Source of the DNA: an uncultured Chloracidobacterium sp.
GTDB lineage: Bacteria; Acidobacteriota; Blastocatellia; Pyrinomonadales; Pyrinomonadaceae
Direction of reading: 5' to 3'
Assembly: GCA_964543865.1 (NCBI GenBank)
Contig: CAZIZR010000010.1
Span: 15,111 to 79,110 of the forward strand
Length of the DNA stretch: 64,000 nt
A model generated the notes under the pieces. It did not search any database, had not been told where the DNA came from, and saw nothing but the letters and a program-made list of their open reading frames with translations. Made by a program: the position numbers and the translations under genes. Position 1 is the stretch's first letter, and each line of letters begins with the position of its first letter. Shown one piece after another: positions 49,940 to 60,385 of the stretch.

Positions 49940-50494
49940 CTAATTTTGTGATGCCGCATTTGCCGCAACGTTGGCGACTTGCGCCTGGATGTCGGCAAAG
50001 CTTTTATCGACTAGGTTGTGGCCGGTAAAGAATTCATCTCCCGTGACCTCAAAAACGGCAAATGGCGGCGGGACAAGGGCTTTCATCTGCTGGCGGTTCT
50101 CAAATTCGACCTTAGCGGTATTGAGGCCCCAAAGGGCTCCAAGATAAACATCAAAGGCAAACGACACGCGGTCAAACTCGTGAAAGTAGCGGTTCTTACG
50201 TATTTCCCTGCCCTCAAACTTTTCAAAAGCAGCGTGCTCGGCTTCGTTAAGGTGTATCTCGGCAAGCTTTGTCATAGGTCCTTCGTCGCCGGTTACGGTC
50301 AATCGCTGCTGTAGGATATTTGTCCAAGCTTTCGAGTAAGGATCGCGTATCGCACGCAGCCTGATGCGGGTATTTTCGATATAATTATCAAAAAGCTGCA
50401 GATGGCTGCTTGCCGGTGTTAGCGGTTCGGGCAAGGCGTCGATGAGAAACAGCCGGCTGAATTCGGTTTGAGCAGTTTTGTTCATTTTCCTCAA
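49940..50494 (-). CDS. CYTH-like domain protein (tentative)
   Basis: EFSRLFLIDALPEPL resembles the EIERKFLV start of CYTH, followed by RIRLRAI. Start codon uncertain. Confidence 0.5.
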   Translation of the reverse strand: MRKMNKTAQTEFSRLFLIDALPEPLTPASSHLQLFDNYIENTRIRLRAIRDPYSKAWTNILQQRLTVTGDEGPMTKLAEIHLNEAEHAAFEKFEGREIRKNRYFHEFDRVSFAFDVYLGALWGLNTAKVEFENRQQMKALVPPPFAVFEVTGDEFFTGHNLVDKSFADIQAQVANVAANAASQN

Positions 50495-50540
50495 ATTTAT
50501 TATACTCTTGAATTCGATTTATCTGGGAGAAACGCGACCT

Positions 50541-51095
50541 ATGAAACGTAATTATTTTGTACTTTTTTTTGCACTTACGATATTTATCGCCGCTTGCGGC
50601 GGCGGGACGACACCGCCAAATGCCAACGGCGGCAACACAGCGAGTCCAAATTCGAACGGAGCTAACGCTGTAGCCGTCACGACTCCAACGCCGGAAGCGA
50701 CGACCAACAACGCCCCGACGCTGACGCCGGTATTTAAGGCGTACTGTGAGGCGATGACCAAAAAAGACGAGGCGGCTCTGCGAAAGGTTTATTCGTCAGA
50801 CACCATCAAAGATTTCGAAGAGCAAATGAAAGAGGATAAGATCAAGAGCCTGATGAAGTTTCTCGAAGACGATCAAGTCGGCAAGCTGTGCGAGGTTCGC
50901 AACGAACAGATCAAAGGCGACGAGGCCGTCGCCGAAATACGTGCCGACAGCTATCCTAACGGAATAAAGGTCGTCTTTGTAAAAGAGGGCGGTGAATGGA
51001 AATTGACCAACCGAAGCCCGGCGATCGATTCGGTAAAACAAACGGCGACGAACCCGCCTGTCGCAAACTCGAACGCAAACGCTGCAAAGAAATAA
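50541..51095 (+). CDS. Lipoprotein of unknown function
   Basis: Lipobox FIAACGG, Asn/Thr-rich linker, ~110-aa globular domain. Confidence 0.55.
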   Translation: MKRNYFVLFFALTIFIAACGGGTTPPNANGGNTASPNSNGANAVAVTTPTPEATTNNAPTLTPVFKAYCEAMTKKDEAALRKVYSSDTIKDFEEQMKEDKIKSLMKFLEDDQVGKLCEVRNEQIKGDEAVAEIRADSYPNGIKVVFVKEGGEWKLTNRSPAIDSVKQTATNPPVANSNANAAKK

Positions 51096-51116
51096 TTACC
51101 CAAATTTTCTCAACCC

Positions 51117-51151
51117 AAAAGGCCCGAATTTTTCGGGCCTTTTCCTTTTTT
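51117..51151 (+). terminator. Rho-independent terminator
   Basis: aaaaggcccgaa-ttt-ttcgggcc followed by ttttcctttttt. Confidence 0.8.
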
Positions 51152-51256
51152 GGGCTTGCAAATAAAAACAAAACTGCTAACATTTGGAGATTGTTCGGCG
51201 AAGTAGAAAGAATGAACCGGACAAGATACCAACATCTTTGAGGACAGGAAACTGAT

Positions 51257-51748
51257 ATGAAAAACATTATTTTAACACTGGGCGTTTTGACGCTTACAAT
51301 CGGATTTATCGGCTGCACCGCTTCGGTCACGACCGGAAACAACACAAACGCAAACAAACCGGCGAACACGGCCGCAAACACAACCAACACGAATACAGCT
51401 GCTAACACGGCTGCAAATACGGCAAGCAACACCGCAACGGCACCTGCTACAAGCGGTGCTGATCAAGATTTCACAGTCGTTAACAAGACTGGCGTGATCA
51501 TCGACAAGCTCTTTGTTAGCCCTAGCGACAAAGATGATTGGCAGGAAGATATTCTCGGAAAGGATGTACTTGCTGACGGCGAAAGCGTCGACATCAAATT
51601 TCACCCGAAAGAAAAGATCGAAAAATGGGATCTCAAAGTACAAGATTCCAAGGGTGATTCGATCGAGTGGCATGATCTCAAGTTGACCGAGATCTCAAAA
51701 GTTACTCTTCATTTCAAAGACGGCAAAGGAACTGCCGACGTGGAATAG
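51257..51748 (+). CDS. Lipoprotein of unknown function with NT(A)AN low-complexity linker
   Basis: Lipobox IGFIGCT, then NTNANKPANTAANTTNTNTAANTAANTASNT, then a ~95-aa domain. Confidence 0.55.
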   Translation: MKNIILTLGVLTLTIGFIGCTASVTTGNNTNANKPANTAANTTNTNTAANTAANTASNTATAPATSGADQDFTVVNKTGVIIDKLFVSPSDKDDWQEDILGKDVLADGESVDIKFHPKEKIEKWDLKVQDSKGDSIEWHDLKLTEISKVTLHFKDGKGTADVE

Positions 51749-51770
51749 TTCTAGTTTGACCTAGAAAATC

Positions 51771-51804
51771 AAAAGGCCGCTTCGATCACTCGAAGCGGCC
51801 TTTT
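51771..51804. terminator. Bidirectional rho-independent terminator between convergent genes
   Basis: aaaaggccgcttcga-tcac-tcgaagcggcctttt. Confidence 0.85.
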
Positions 51805-51821
51805 GTTAATTGTGAAATACC

Positions 51822-53036
51822 CTACGCAGACGCGGCTGACGAATACGGCGGCAGGATAACCCTCGCGGCTTTTTCTTTTTTCAGCCCGAGAGCCCAATCG
51901 GCTTGCATAAGTGTATGGATATCGCGAGTTCCCTCGTAGATCACAGCAGCCTTGCAGTTTCTGAGGTAACGCTCGACCGGATAATCGTTTGTGTAGCCGT
52001 TAGCTCCGTGGATCTCGATCGCCATTGACGCAGCAGTTTCCGAGCGGGTCGTCGCTTGCCATTTCGCCATTGACGCGGCTTTTGCTGACGGCAATCCCAT
52101 ATTTTTGAGATAGCCGCATTTGAGCCAGAGCAGGTGCGACATCTCGTAATCAGCCTCCATCGTCGCGATCTTTTGCTTGACGAGCTGAAAATTACCGATC
52201 TTCTGTCCCTGAACCTCGCGAGTGTTGGCATAAGCAACCGAAGCGTCACGGCTCGCACGGATTACGCCTGTCGCTCCTGATGCAACGGTATATCTACCGT
52301 TTTCGAGGGAGAACATCGCGATCTTAAATCCTTCGCCCTCTTGGCCGAGCATATTACTTGCCGGAACGCGGACATCTTGCAGAGAAAAATAGCCGGTATT
52401 CCCTGCCTTGATGCCAAGCTTGCCGTGTAGCGTTCCCGACGAGAATCCTGGCATCGTGCGTTCGACGATAAAACATGAGATGCCGCTGTGGTCGCGATTC
52501 TTTTGTTTTTCGGCATCTGTCCAGCAAAAGAACAGGAAATGATCGGCGACGTCGCCGAGCGATATCCACATCTTTTCGCCGTTGAGTATCCAGTCGTCGC
52601 CGTCGCGTTTTGCGTACGATTTCATGCCGACAACATCGCTACCGGCGTTCGGCTCGGTCAAGCCAAAGGTCGCGAGCTTTTCGCCTTTCGCCTGCGGGAC
52701 GAGATATTTTTGCTTTTGCTCCTCGGTTCCCCACGAATAGACGCTCAATGAATTAAGTCCGACGTGGACCGACATCGCGACTCGCAGAAACGTATCGCAT
52801 GCCTCGAGTTCCTCACAGACAATACCAAGTGATATGTAGTCAAACCCGGCTCCGCCGTACTGCTCAGGGATGCAAACGCCCATCAGTCCCAGGTCGGCCA
52901 TCTTTGTAAAAACGCTGCGTTCGAAATGCGCTTTTTCGTCCCATTCTTTGATATAAGGAGCGACCTCGCCCGCGCAAAATTCGCGCACGGTCCGCTGTAG
53001 GGCCTTGTGTTCTTCGGTCAATTCTAATTCGATCAC
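51822..53036 (-). CDS. Acyl-CoA dehydrogenase family protein
   Basis: CIPEQYGGAG, FGLTEPNAGSD, YEGTRDIH-type C-terminal motif. Confidence 0.9.
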   Translation of the reverse strand: MIELELTEEHKALQRTVREFCAGEVAPYIKEWDEKAHFERSVFTKMADLGLMGVCIPEQYGGAGFDYISLGIVCEELEACDTFLRVAMSVHVGLNSLSVYSWGTEEQKQKYLVPQAKGEKLATFGLTEPNAGSDVVGMKSYAKRDGDDWILNGEKMWISLGDVADHFLFFCWTDAEKQKNRDHSGISCFIVERTMPGFSSGTLHGKLGIKAGNTGYFSLQDVRVPASNMLGQEGEGFKIAMFSLENGRYTVASGATGVIRASRDASVAYANTREVQGQKIGNFQLVKQKIATMEADYEMSHLLWLKCGYLKNMGLPSAKAASMAKWQATTRSETAASMAIEIHGANGYTNDYPVERYLRNCKAAVIYEGTRDIHTLMQADWALGLKKEKAARVILPPYSSAASA

Positions 53037-53131
53037 GATGTGTAATTTCCTTGTCTAAAGTTTTGATATGATAGCAAACAAGGATTTTATCACTTCGGTC
53101 AGCTATTCGCGAAGGTCAGACATTATTAGCA

Positions 53132-54325
53132 ATGATACCTGTTTCAAAAGCCTTAGGCCTGATCGGTGGGGAAACCCGAACGCTTCGTTCGGAGCGAGTC
53201 GATCTGGCGGATGCCGTCGGACATGTTTTGGCGGAAAATATCGTCGCCGATACTGACATGCCGCCGTTTGACCGTTCGCAAATGGATGGCTTTGCGGTGA
53301 TCGCGAGCGACACAAAAAAAGGGCAGATAACGCTCAAGATCGTCGGAGAGTCTGCTGCAGGCAGTGGATGGCATAAGAGACTGAAACGAGGCCAAGTCGT
53401 TAGGATAATGACCGGAGCACCTGTTCCCGCCGGAGCCGATGCTGTGGCAAGGGTCGAAATTACAAATGGTAACGATACCGAGGTTACTATCCTCGAACCG
53501 GTTAAGAAAGGAACATCGGTCGTCCGAAAAGGAGCAGAGATCAAAAAGGGCCGCGTCGTCATCAAGCAAGGCTCGCTTATTACGCCGAACAACATTGCCA
53601 CGCTCGCCGCGTTTGGCTACGCAAAGGTAAAGGTAAGCAAACAGCCCCGCGTCGCTATACTTGGCACAGGCAGCGAGATCGTCGATGTCGTCGAACGGCC
53701 AGGACGCGATCAGATACGCAACTCAAACTCGGTAATGCTAAAGGCAATGGCGGAGCATTGCGGAGCGATTGCCGAAACCTTTCCGATCGCGAGCGATGAT
53801 CTTTCAAATTTGAAATTGCAGATCATAAATTCGACAAAGGGTAAAGATCTCCTGATCATCACCGGCGGCGTATCAGTCGGCAAATATGACCTTACAAAAA
53901 CCGCCTTGACGGAGCTTGGAGCAAAGATTTTCTTTGAAAAAGTGCGGCTAAAACCCGGAAAACCGGCTGTGTTTGCACGGCTGGGGAAAACGCTGGTGTT
54001 TGGATTGCCCGGCAATCCCGTTTCGGCGGCGGTGACTTTTCAACTGTTTGTCCGCAAGGCGATAATGCAGTTGCAAGGTTCGTCCTTGTCAGATCTAGCA
54101 AAAGGTGTTGCCGTTCTTGCAGCCGATGCAAAAGCCGCCCGCGACCGAGATACATATCTGCCATCGCGGCTCGAAACAGATGATTCAGGCCGGCTCATTG
54201 CCGTTACCTTGAGATCACAAGGATCATCAGATTTTGTCGGATTTGCTCAAGCAGATTCGATGGTTTTTGTTCCAAAAAGCGAAGTAAAAAAGAGCGGTGA
54301 GACCGTTCAGATAGTGTTTTTATAG
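53132..54325 (+). CDS. moeA: Molybdopterin molybdotransferase
   Basis: PPFDRSQMDGFAV, RIMTGAPVP, ITGGVSVGKYD, GLPGNPVSA. Confidence 0.9.
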   Translation: MIPVSKALGLIGGETRTLRSERVDLADAVGHVLAENIVADTDMPPFDRSQMDGFAVIASDTKKGQITLKIVGESAAGSGWHKRLKRGQVVRIMTGAPVPAGADAVARVEITNGNDTEVTILEPVKKGTSVVRKGAEIKKGRVVIKQGSLITPNNIATLAAFGYAKVKVSKQPRVAILGTGSEIVDVVERPGRDQIRNSNSVMLKAMAEHCGAIAETFPIASDDLSNLKLQIINSTKGKDLLIITGGVSVGKYDLTKTALTELGAKIFFEKVRLKPGKPAVFARLGKTLVFGLPGNPVSAAVTFQLFVRKAIMQLQGSSLSDLAKGVAVLAADAKAARDRDTYLPSRLETDDSGRLIAVTLRSQGSSDFVGFAQADSMVFVPKSEVKKSGETVQIVFL

Positions 54326-55060
54326 ATGTCAGAACCAAAGGCTCTCGCCCACGAGGCGATCCACGACACAGTCGAAAATATTCTCTCCGCTGCCAATCGT
54401 GGCCGGTTGCTTGATGTGCCGGCTGGCGAAGGTGCCCTTGCCGTCAGATTGCAGCAGATGGGTTACCAGGTCGAGTGCTGTGACCTGTACCCTGAGATAT
54501 TTAAGCTTTTTGATGTCGAGATCCGTTCGGGGAATATGGACACGAGACTGCCGTATGGCGACGTGGATTTTGATCACGTTGTTTGCGTCGAGGGGCTTGA
54601 GCACATTGAAAATCCGTCAAATGCGATCAGCGAATTTGCGCGTCTGTTAAAACCCGGGGGACAGTTGATCGTCTCGGTCCCCAATATTATGAATATCGAG
54701 GAGCGGTTAAAATGGCTTATTAATGGCTACACGTCACATTTCAAACCGCTCTCAGTTGAGGCACGCAACGAGATAACAAAAGCACACCCTGGCACCGAAG
54801 AGGTCGCCCTGCACGTCAACCCGATCGGCTATTCCGAGGTACGTTATCTGCTGGAAAAATATGGTTTCGCGATCGAACAAACCTACGCCGACAAGCCAAA
54901 GGCAAATTCGTGGGCTTATTTGCCCATCGTCGCACTGATCCGCTTGATCGGCCGCTTTTCGTCCGCCGCGAAACGAAAGGAGCGTTGGACGGCCGAACTA
55001 AATTCAAACGAAGTATTATTAGGTGGGAATACACTGATATTCAGAGCGAGGAAGATATGA
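54326..55060 (+). CDS. Class I SAM-dependent methyltransferase
   Basis: LLDVPAGEGALA (motif I), VVCVEGLEHIENP, LLKPGGQLIVSVPN. Confidence 0.8.
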   Translation: MSEPKALAHEAIHDTVENILSAANRGRLLDVPAGEGALAVRLQQMGYQVECCDLYPEIFKLFDVEIRSGNMDTRLPYGDVDFDHVVCVEGLEHIENPSNAISEFARLLKPGGQLIVSVPNIMNIEERLKWLINGYTSHFKPLSVEARNEITKAHPGTEEVALHVNPIGYSEVRYLLEKYGFAIEQTYADKPKANSWAYLPIVALIRLIGRFSSAAKRKERWTAELNSNEVLLGGNTLIFRARKI

Positions 55061-55524
55061 GCGAGCTTTCACATTTTGACGATGCGGGAAAGATAAAGAT
55101 GGTGGATGTTTCGGACAAAGAAACGTCCGCGCGTCGGGCTATTGCTTACGGTAAAGTGATGCTTTCCGCATCGACTATCCAAATTCTCCAGACTCAAAAG
55201 ACACCCAAAGGTGACCCACTTGAGATCGCACGTATCGCCGGTATCATGGCGGCGAAAAAGACATCCGAATTGATACCGCTGTGCCATCAGATCAATTTGT
55301 CTAAGGTAAATGTTACCGCCGAGTTCACCGACGACGGCATTGCCATAACCGCCGAAGCTATCACCAACGCGCAAACCGGCGTCGAAATGGAAGCATTGAC
55401 CGCCGTTTCGGTTGCTGCCTTGACGATCTACGATATGTGCAAAGCGGTTCAAAAAGACATAGTCATCACCGACATACGTCTCGAATCAAAGACCGGCGGC
55501 AAAGCCGACTATCAACGCAGCTAG
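55057..55524 (+). CDS. moaC: Cyclic pyranopterin monophosphate synthase
   Basis: [74 protein letters not shown] overlap with the preceding gene. Confidence 0.92.
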   Translation: MSELSHFDDAGKIKMVDVSDKETSARRAIAYGKVMLSASTIQILQTQKTPKGDPLEIARIAGIMAAKKTSELIPLCHQINLSKVNVTAEFTDDGIAITAEAITNAQTGVEMEALTAVSVAALTIYDMCKAVQKDIVITDIRLESKTGGKADYQRS

Positions 55525-55596
55525 CCTATCGAAAGGCCGAACTTTCGGCTAGAATACTCGTATTCGCTTGTAGCCATTTCAGGAGTTTTTTGCATT

Positions 55597-56388
55597 ATGA
55601 AATACAAGCTCGCCGACGACGCCAGACCACAAGCCAAGTTGCTTGTCATCGCTACTTTTCTGACCATCGGACTCTGGTTCATCCCTTACGCCGAATATCT
55701 CGTTTATCCGATACGGCTGTTTGTAACGTTTATTCACGAAAGCAGCCACGCTCTTGTGGCGTTAATAACGGGCGGCGCGGTGCAAAGTTTGACCATCGCG
55801 GCGGATGGCAGTGGTGTTGTGTATTCGGCTCCGTCGGGATTTATCGGCCAGATATTTACCTCGAGCGCAGGTTACCTAGGCACGACGGCGTTTGGCGTAC
55901 TGATGCTTTTCTTGATGCGAAAAAACGTCGGTTCGCAAAAGGTGCTTTTTGGCATCGGAGCAGCGGTCGGGCTGATCACTATTGTCTTTGGCATTATTTT
56001 CCCGGTGTTTAATTTTCTCTCGCTCAATGTGCCGTTTTCGAGCATTGCGTTTACCGTGACCGTCGGATTGTTATTGTCCGCCGGGCTGATCGCTGTTGCG
56101 CTTTATGCGAGCGAAAAAGTGGCGAATTTCTTGATCGCGTTTCTCGCGATCCAGTGCTTGCTCAATGCCCTATCCGATCTCAAAACCCTGTTCTTTATTA
56201 ACGCCCCGCTTATCGGCACCAATACGATCAGCAACGACGCTGGCAACATGGCGACCGCGACTGGCATCCCGGCGGTGGTCTGGACGGTCACCTGGATCGC
56301 GATATCTGTCGGCGTGATAGCATTAGGCATACGAATGTATATGGCGGCGAAAACTACGCGGCCCGACGACTCTCTTTTTAACGATTGA
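55597..56388 (+). CDS. M50B-like membrane metallopeptidase family protein
   Basis: [29 protein letters not shown] (HExxH-like HESSH), polytopic membrane protein. Confidence 0.65.
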   Translation: MKYKLADDARPQAKLLVIATFLTIGLWFIPYAEYLVYPIRLFVTFIHESSHALVALITGGAVQSLTIAADGSGVVYSAPSGFIGQIFTSSAGYLGTTAFGVLMLFLMRKNVGSQKVLFGIGAAVGLITIVFGIIFPVFNFLSLNVPFSSIAFTVTVGLLLSAGLIAVALYASEKVANFLIAFLAIQCLLNALSDLKTLFFINAPLIGTNTISNDAGNMATATGIPAVVWTVTWIAISVGVIALGIRMYMAAKTTRPDDSLFND

Positions 56389-56389
56389 T

Positions 56390-57154
56390 ATGAAAACAAT
56401 CTCCGCAATTCTAGTTGTCCTCGTCAGCCTGATAGCGGCTTCCGCCCAGGTCAAGAAACCAGAGCCTGCGGCAGTTAAAATCCCCTTTGCCAGATCACTG
56501 CAAACGGTAGTTGTCACGACAAAAGACTGGGATGCAACGACCGGCACCGCCCGCCTGTACGAACGCAAAAATGAAAAGGCGGATTGGAAGATGGTGGGCG
56601 AGAGTTTTCCTGTTATGATCGGGCAAAACGGCCTGGCTTGGGGTGACGAGCTGACCCGACAGACAACCGCAACAAAGCTAAAACGCGAGGGCGACCGTAG
56701 TGCCCCGGCGGGTCTGTTCCCGCTAACGGCAACCTTTGGAACCGGCACAAAACCTAATGCCGTCGAGCTGCCGTACACATTGCTCGATCAAAATACCGAG
56801 TGTGTCGATGATACAAAGTCATCGTTTTACAACCGCATCGTCAACCGTATGCGAGTCGGCAATTTTGACTGGAAGTCGTCAGAGAAAATGTCGGCGATCA
56901 GCCCGGAGTATGATCTCGGCGTTTTCGTAGCGTACAACAGCTTTCCGGTCGTCAAGGAAAAAGGTTCGTGTATCTTTCTCCACATTTGGAAAGATGAGTC
57001 AACATCAACCGACGGCTGCACCGCGATGGATCGCCGCAATCTCGAACGCATCGTCGGCTGGCTCATCGCGAGCAAGAATCCATACCTTATCCAACTGACC
57101 GAAGGAGATTACGACAAATACAAAAAGTCCTGGAAACTGCCAAAACTAAAATAA
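56390..57154 (+). CDS. L,D-transpeptidase (YkuD)-like protein
   Basis: Signal peptide. [23 protein letters not shown] fits the H...(S/T)xGC catalytic motif. Confidence 0.65.
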   Translation: MKTISAILVVLVSLIAASAQVKKPEPAAVKIPFARSLQTVVVTTKDWDATTGTARLYERKNEKADWKMVGESFPVMIGQNGLAWGDELTRQTTATKLKREGDRSAPAGLFPLTATFGTGTKPNAVELPYTLLDQNTECVDDTKSSFYNRIVNRMRVGNFDWKSSEKMSAISPEYDLGVFVAYNSFPVVKEKGSCIFLHIWKDESTSTDGCTAMDRRNLERIVGWLIASKNPYLIQLTEGDYDKYKKSWKLPKLK

Positions 57155-57192
57155 CCACGCTCGACCAGCTTGCGACCGGCACGCGTCTTGTC

Positions 57193-57405
57193 GTGCGCTC
57201 AAAACTTGATTGGCGGTTCGCCGCAGTCTCAAAAACGGTCGATGACAAGATCGTCCTCACGGTCTGTTCGCCAACCGGCCGCACATACCGTCTTCGCCGC
57301 GACCTCGACACCTGCGTCACTTACGAAGGCTCGATTCCCATCCTTCATTCCGACTATCCCGAACACTGGCGAAAAAACTTTAGCCGCTACGACGTTCGTT
57401 GGTAA
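57193..57405 (+). CDS. Small hypothetical protein (70 aa from GTG; true start uncertain)
   Basis: The frame is open from the preceding stop. The ORF ends 15 nt before the perfect hairpin at 57421. No family recognised. Confidence 0.3.
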   Translation: MRSKLDWRFAAVSKTVDDKIVLTVCSPTGRTYRLRRDLDTCVTYEGSIPILHSDYPEHWRKNFSRYDVRW

Positions 57406-57420
57406 AAATAATCTGTGCTC

Positions 57421-57487
57421 AAGCCCGCACGTCAGTAAGGGCGTAACCTCCAACTTGAGTGTTACGCCCTTACTGACGTGCGGGCTT
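57421..57487. repeat. Perfect 27-bp-stem hairpin, family LH (copy of 14515..14578)
   Basis: aagcccgcacgtcagtaagggcgtaac / ctccaacttgagt / gttacgcccttactgacgtgcgggctt. Confidence 0.85.
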
Positions 57488-57546
57488 CTGCATCCGAACC
57501 CGGTTTGGTAAAATATAATTTTGCTCACACGACCGGATTCGCATCT

Positions 57547-60381
57547 ATGCAGGCTGCCAAGACAAAAGAAGAGGCTATTGAGGTTCGCGGGGCACGCACG
57601 CACAACCTGAAAAACATCTCGGTATCGCTCCCGCTCAATAAGCTGACAGTTATCACAGGCGTTTCGGGTTCGGGTAAATCGAGCCTCGCGTTCGATACGC
57701 TGTACGCCGAGGGCCAGCGTCGCTATGTCGAATCGCTTTCGGCCTACGCCCGCCAATTCCTAGAGCGAATGGACAAACCCGATGTCGATGAGATAATTGG
57801 CATCGCTCCGGCAATTGCGATCAGGCAAAAAAATTCGACCAAAAATCCGCGTTCGACCGTCGCTACGCAGACCGAGATCTACGACTATCTGCGGCTACTG
57901 TTTGCCCGTGCCGGCACTACCATTTGTCACGTCTGCGGCCGCGAGGTAAAAAAAGATTCGCCCGAATCGGCAGCGGACGAGATACTCGCAGAGCTTGCCG
58001 AAGGCACACGGTTTTATGTGCTGTTCCCGATTCAGGACGAAGTTTCCCACCAGATGGGCCGCACCGCAAAGAAGCCAAAAACAAGCCGCACGAAAAAATC
58101 TGCCGGCCTCAGCACACAGGCTTTTTTGATCTCGTTGCTCCAACAAGGATTTTCACGGCTTTATCGTAGCGGTGAGATGATCGAGCTGCAAAAACCCGAG
58201 GACTATCCGCACGACGATTTTGATAGCACGTTTGTATTGATCGACCGCCTTGCGGCGGCGGCTGATATTCGCCAGCGTTTGGTCGATTCGCTTGAGATCT
58301 GTTTTCGCGAAGGCCACGCGGCCATTATCGAAACAACGGACGGCACACAGCTTAAATTCTCAGACCGCTTTATATGCAAATACGACGGCACGCGTTACGA
58401 GGAGCCTGAGCCGCATCTTTTTAGTTTTAACTCGCCGTTTGGGGCGTGCCCGACGTGTCAGGGTTTTGGCAACACTATCGGCGTCGATTACGGGCTGGTT
58501 ATCCCGAACCCTTTGCTCTCGTTAAAAGACGGAGCGATCGAGCCTTTTACACGCCCTACGCACTCATGGGCACAAAAAGAGCTGGTCAAATACGCGGCCT
58601 CGGCAAATATCGATATGACCGTGCCGTTTGCCGATCTGCCTGATTTTCAGCAAAACTGCATTATCTACGGCGACGAAGGCTGGCGCGGGCTAAAAGGTTT
58701 TTTCCAGTGGCTTGAGACAAAAAAATATAAGCTGCACGTCCGTGTTTTCCTCGCAAAATATCGCGGCTACACAAAATGCCCCGATTGCGAAGGCCTGCGT
58801 CTGCGGCAAGCGGCCCGCGACGTAAAAATAGGCGGGCGTTCGCTGCCCGAGATCGTAGAGATGTCGATCGCGGTCGCACACGAGTTTTTCGAAAAGCTCG
58901 AAATGGACACCGAACGGGCACAGATCGCGGACAAATTGCTGTTGGAGATACGGCGGCGGATCAGGTTCTTGGTGGATGTCGGCCTCGATTATCTAACGCT
59001 TTCGCGGCTCGCGGCAACGCTGTCGGGCGGCGAAGCACAGCGTATTCAATTAGCGACAAATCTCGGTTCACTGCTGGTCGGAACTCTTTACGTGTTGGAC
59101 GAACCAAGCATCGGCCTGCATCCGCGTGACAATTCGCGGCTGATCAAGATCCTCGAAAATCTTCGCGACATCGGCAACACCGTCATCGTCGTCGAGCACG
59201 ACGAAGAAACGATGCGTGCCGCCGACAACATCATCGACATAGGTGTCCACGCGGGCGAACACGGCGGCGAGTTGGTCTATGCGGGAAATTTCACCAACTT
59301 GTTAAAAGACAAAAACTCGCTCACCGCAAAGTATCTGCGCGGCGACGCCGAGATCAAGGTGCCGCAAAAACACCGTATTGCGACAAAGCGAAAACTCGAA
59401 ATCATCGGAGCCCGCGAGCACAATCTAAAAGATGTCTCCGTCGATATCCCGCTTGATATGCTCGTCTGTGTGACGGGCGTCTCGGGCAGCGGCAAATCTA
59501 CACTCGTTCACGAGGTGCTTTACGCCGGCCTGAAAAAACAACGCGGTGAATGGAACACGCACGTCGGTTTTTTCAAGGATCTAAAGGGCGGCGACCACAT
59601 CGACGACATCATTCTCGTCGATCAATCACCGATCGGTCGCACGCCGCGGTCAAATCCGGTGACCTATATCAAAGCCTACGACGCTATCCGCGAGGTCTTT
59701 GCCGCGACAAATACCGCCAAGACCAAAGGGTTTAACGCATCGCATTTTTCGTTCAACGTCCCCGGTGGACGATGCGAGATATGTCAGGGTTCGGGGATCG
59801 TGACGATCGAGATGCAGTTTCTCGCCGATGTCGAATTAACTTGCGAAGACTGCCGCGGGATGCGGTTTAAGCAAGAGATCTTGGACGTAAAATACAAGGG
59901 CAGAAATATTCACGAAGCCCTGCAATTAACCATCCGCGAGGCGATATTGTTCTTTAAGGACGTCGCCAAGCTCACCTCAAAACTCAAAGTGCTCGAATCC
60001 GTCGGCCTTGGCTATCTGCGGCTCGGCCAGTCTGCAACGACTTTAAGCGGCGGCGAGGCTCAGCGTGTAAAACTCGCATCGCACTTAGCTCAAAAGACCA
60101 CCGCAAAAACGCTCTTCATCTTTGACGAACCAACTACCGGGCTGCATTTTGATGACATCAACAAACTGCTCGCAGCATTTCGCGCCCTCATCGACAGCGG
60201 CGGCAGCCTGCTCGTGATCGAGCACAATATAGATGTGATAAAAACCGCAGATTGGGTCATCGACATCGGGCCCGAAGGCGGTGTCGGCGGCGGCGAGATC
60301 GTCGCAACCGGAACACCCGAGGAAGTCGCTAAGGTCAAAACCTCCCACACGGGAAGATATTTAAAAGAGATATTAAAGTGA
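57547..60381 (+). CDS. uvrA: Excinuclease ABC subunit A
   Basis: IEVRGARTHNLKNISVSLPLNKLTVITGVSGSGKSSL, Zn fingers (CPTCQG, CPDCEG, CEICQG), LSGGEAQR occurs twice, second Walker A GVSGSGKST. Confidence 0.97.
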   Translation: MQAAKTKEEAIEVRGARTHNLKNISVSLPLNKLTVITGVSGSGKSSLAFDTLYAEGQRRYVESLSAYARQFLERMDKPDVDEIIGIAPAIAIRQKNSTKNPRSTVATQTEIYDYLRLLFARAGTTICHVCGREVKKDSPESAADEILAELAEGTRFYVLFPIQDEVSHQMGRTAKKPKTSRTKKSAGLSTQAFLISLLQQGFSRLYRSGEMIELQKPEDYPHDDFDSTFVLIDRLAAAADIRQRLVDSLEICFREGHAAIIETTDGTQLKFSDRFICKYDGTRYEEPEPHLFSFNSPFGACPTCQGFGNTIGVDYGLVIPNPLLSLKDGAIEPFTRPTHSWAQKELVKYAASANIDMTVPFADLPDFQQNCIIYGDEGWRGLKGFFQWLETKKYKLHVRVFLAKYRGYTKCPDCEGLRLRQAARDVKIGGRSLPEIVEMSIAVAHEFFEKLEMDTERAQIADKLLLEIRRRIRFLVDVGLDYLTLSRLAATLSGGEAQRIQLATNLGSLLVGTLYVLDEPSIGLHPRDNSRLIKILENLRDIGNTVIVVEHDEETMRAADNIIDIGVHAGEHGGELVYAGNFTNLLKDKNSLTAKYLRGDAEIKVPQKHRIATKRKLEIIGAREHNLKDVSVDIPLDMLVCVTGVSGSGKSTLVHEVLYAGLKKQRGEWNTHVGFFKDLKGGDHIDDIILVDQSPIGRTPRSNPVTYIKAYDAIREVFAATNTAKTKGFNASHFSFNVPGGRCEICQGSGIVTIEMQFLADVELTCEDCRGMRFKQEILDVKYKGRNIHEALQLTIREAILFFKDVAKLTSKLKVLESVGLGYLRLGQSATTLSGGEAQRVKLASHLAQKTTAKTLFIFDEPTTGLHFDDINKLLAAFRALIDSGGSLLVIEHNIDVIKTADWVIDIGPEGGVGGGEIVATGTPEEVAKVKTSHTGRYLKEILK

Positions 60382-60385
60382 GAAG

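Noticed and set aside
57478-57546. Longer uvrA start at 57478
   Set aside because: The extension is encoded by the right arm of the hairpin repeat. ATG 57547 gives the conserved UvrA N-terminus spacing.
57229-57756. 175-aa minus-strand ORF
   Set aside because: It runs through the perfect hairpin repeat and the uvrA 5' end, with no family signal.
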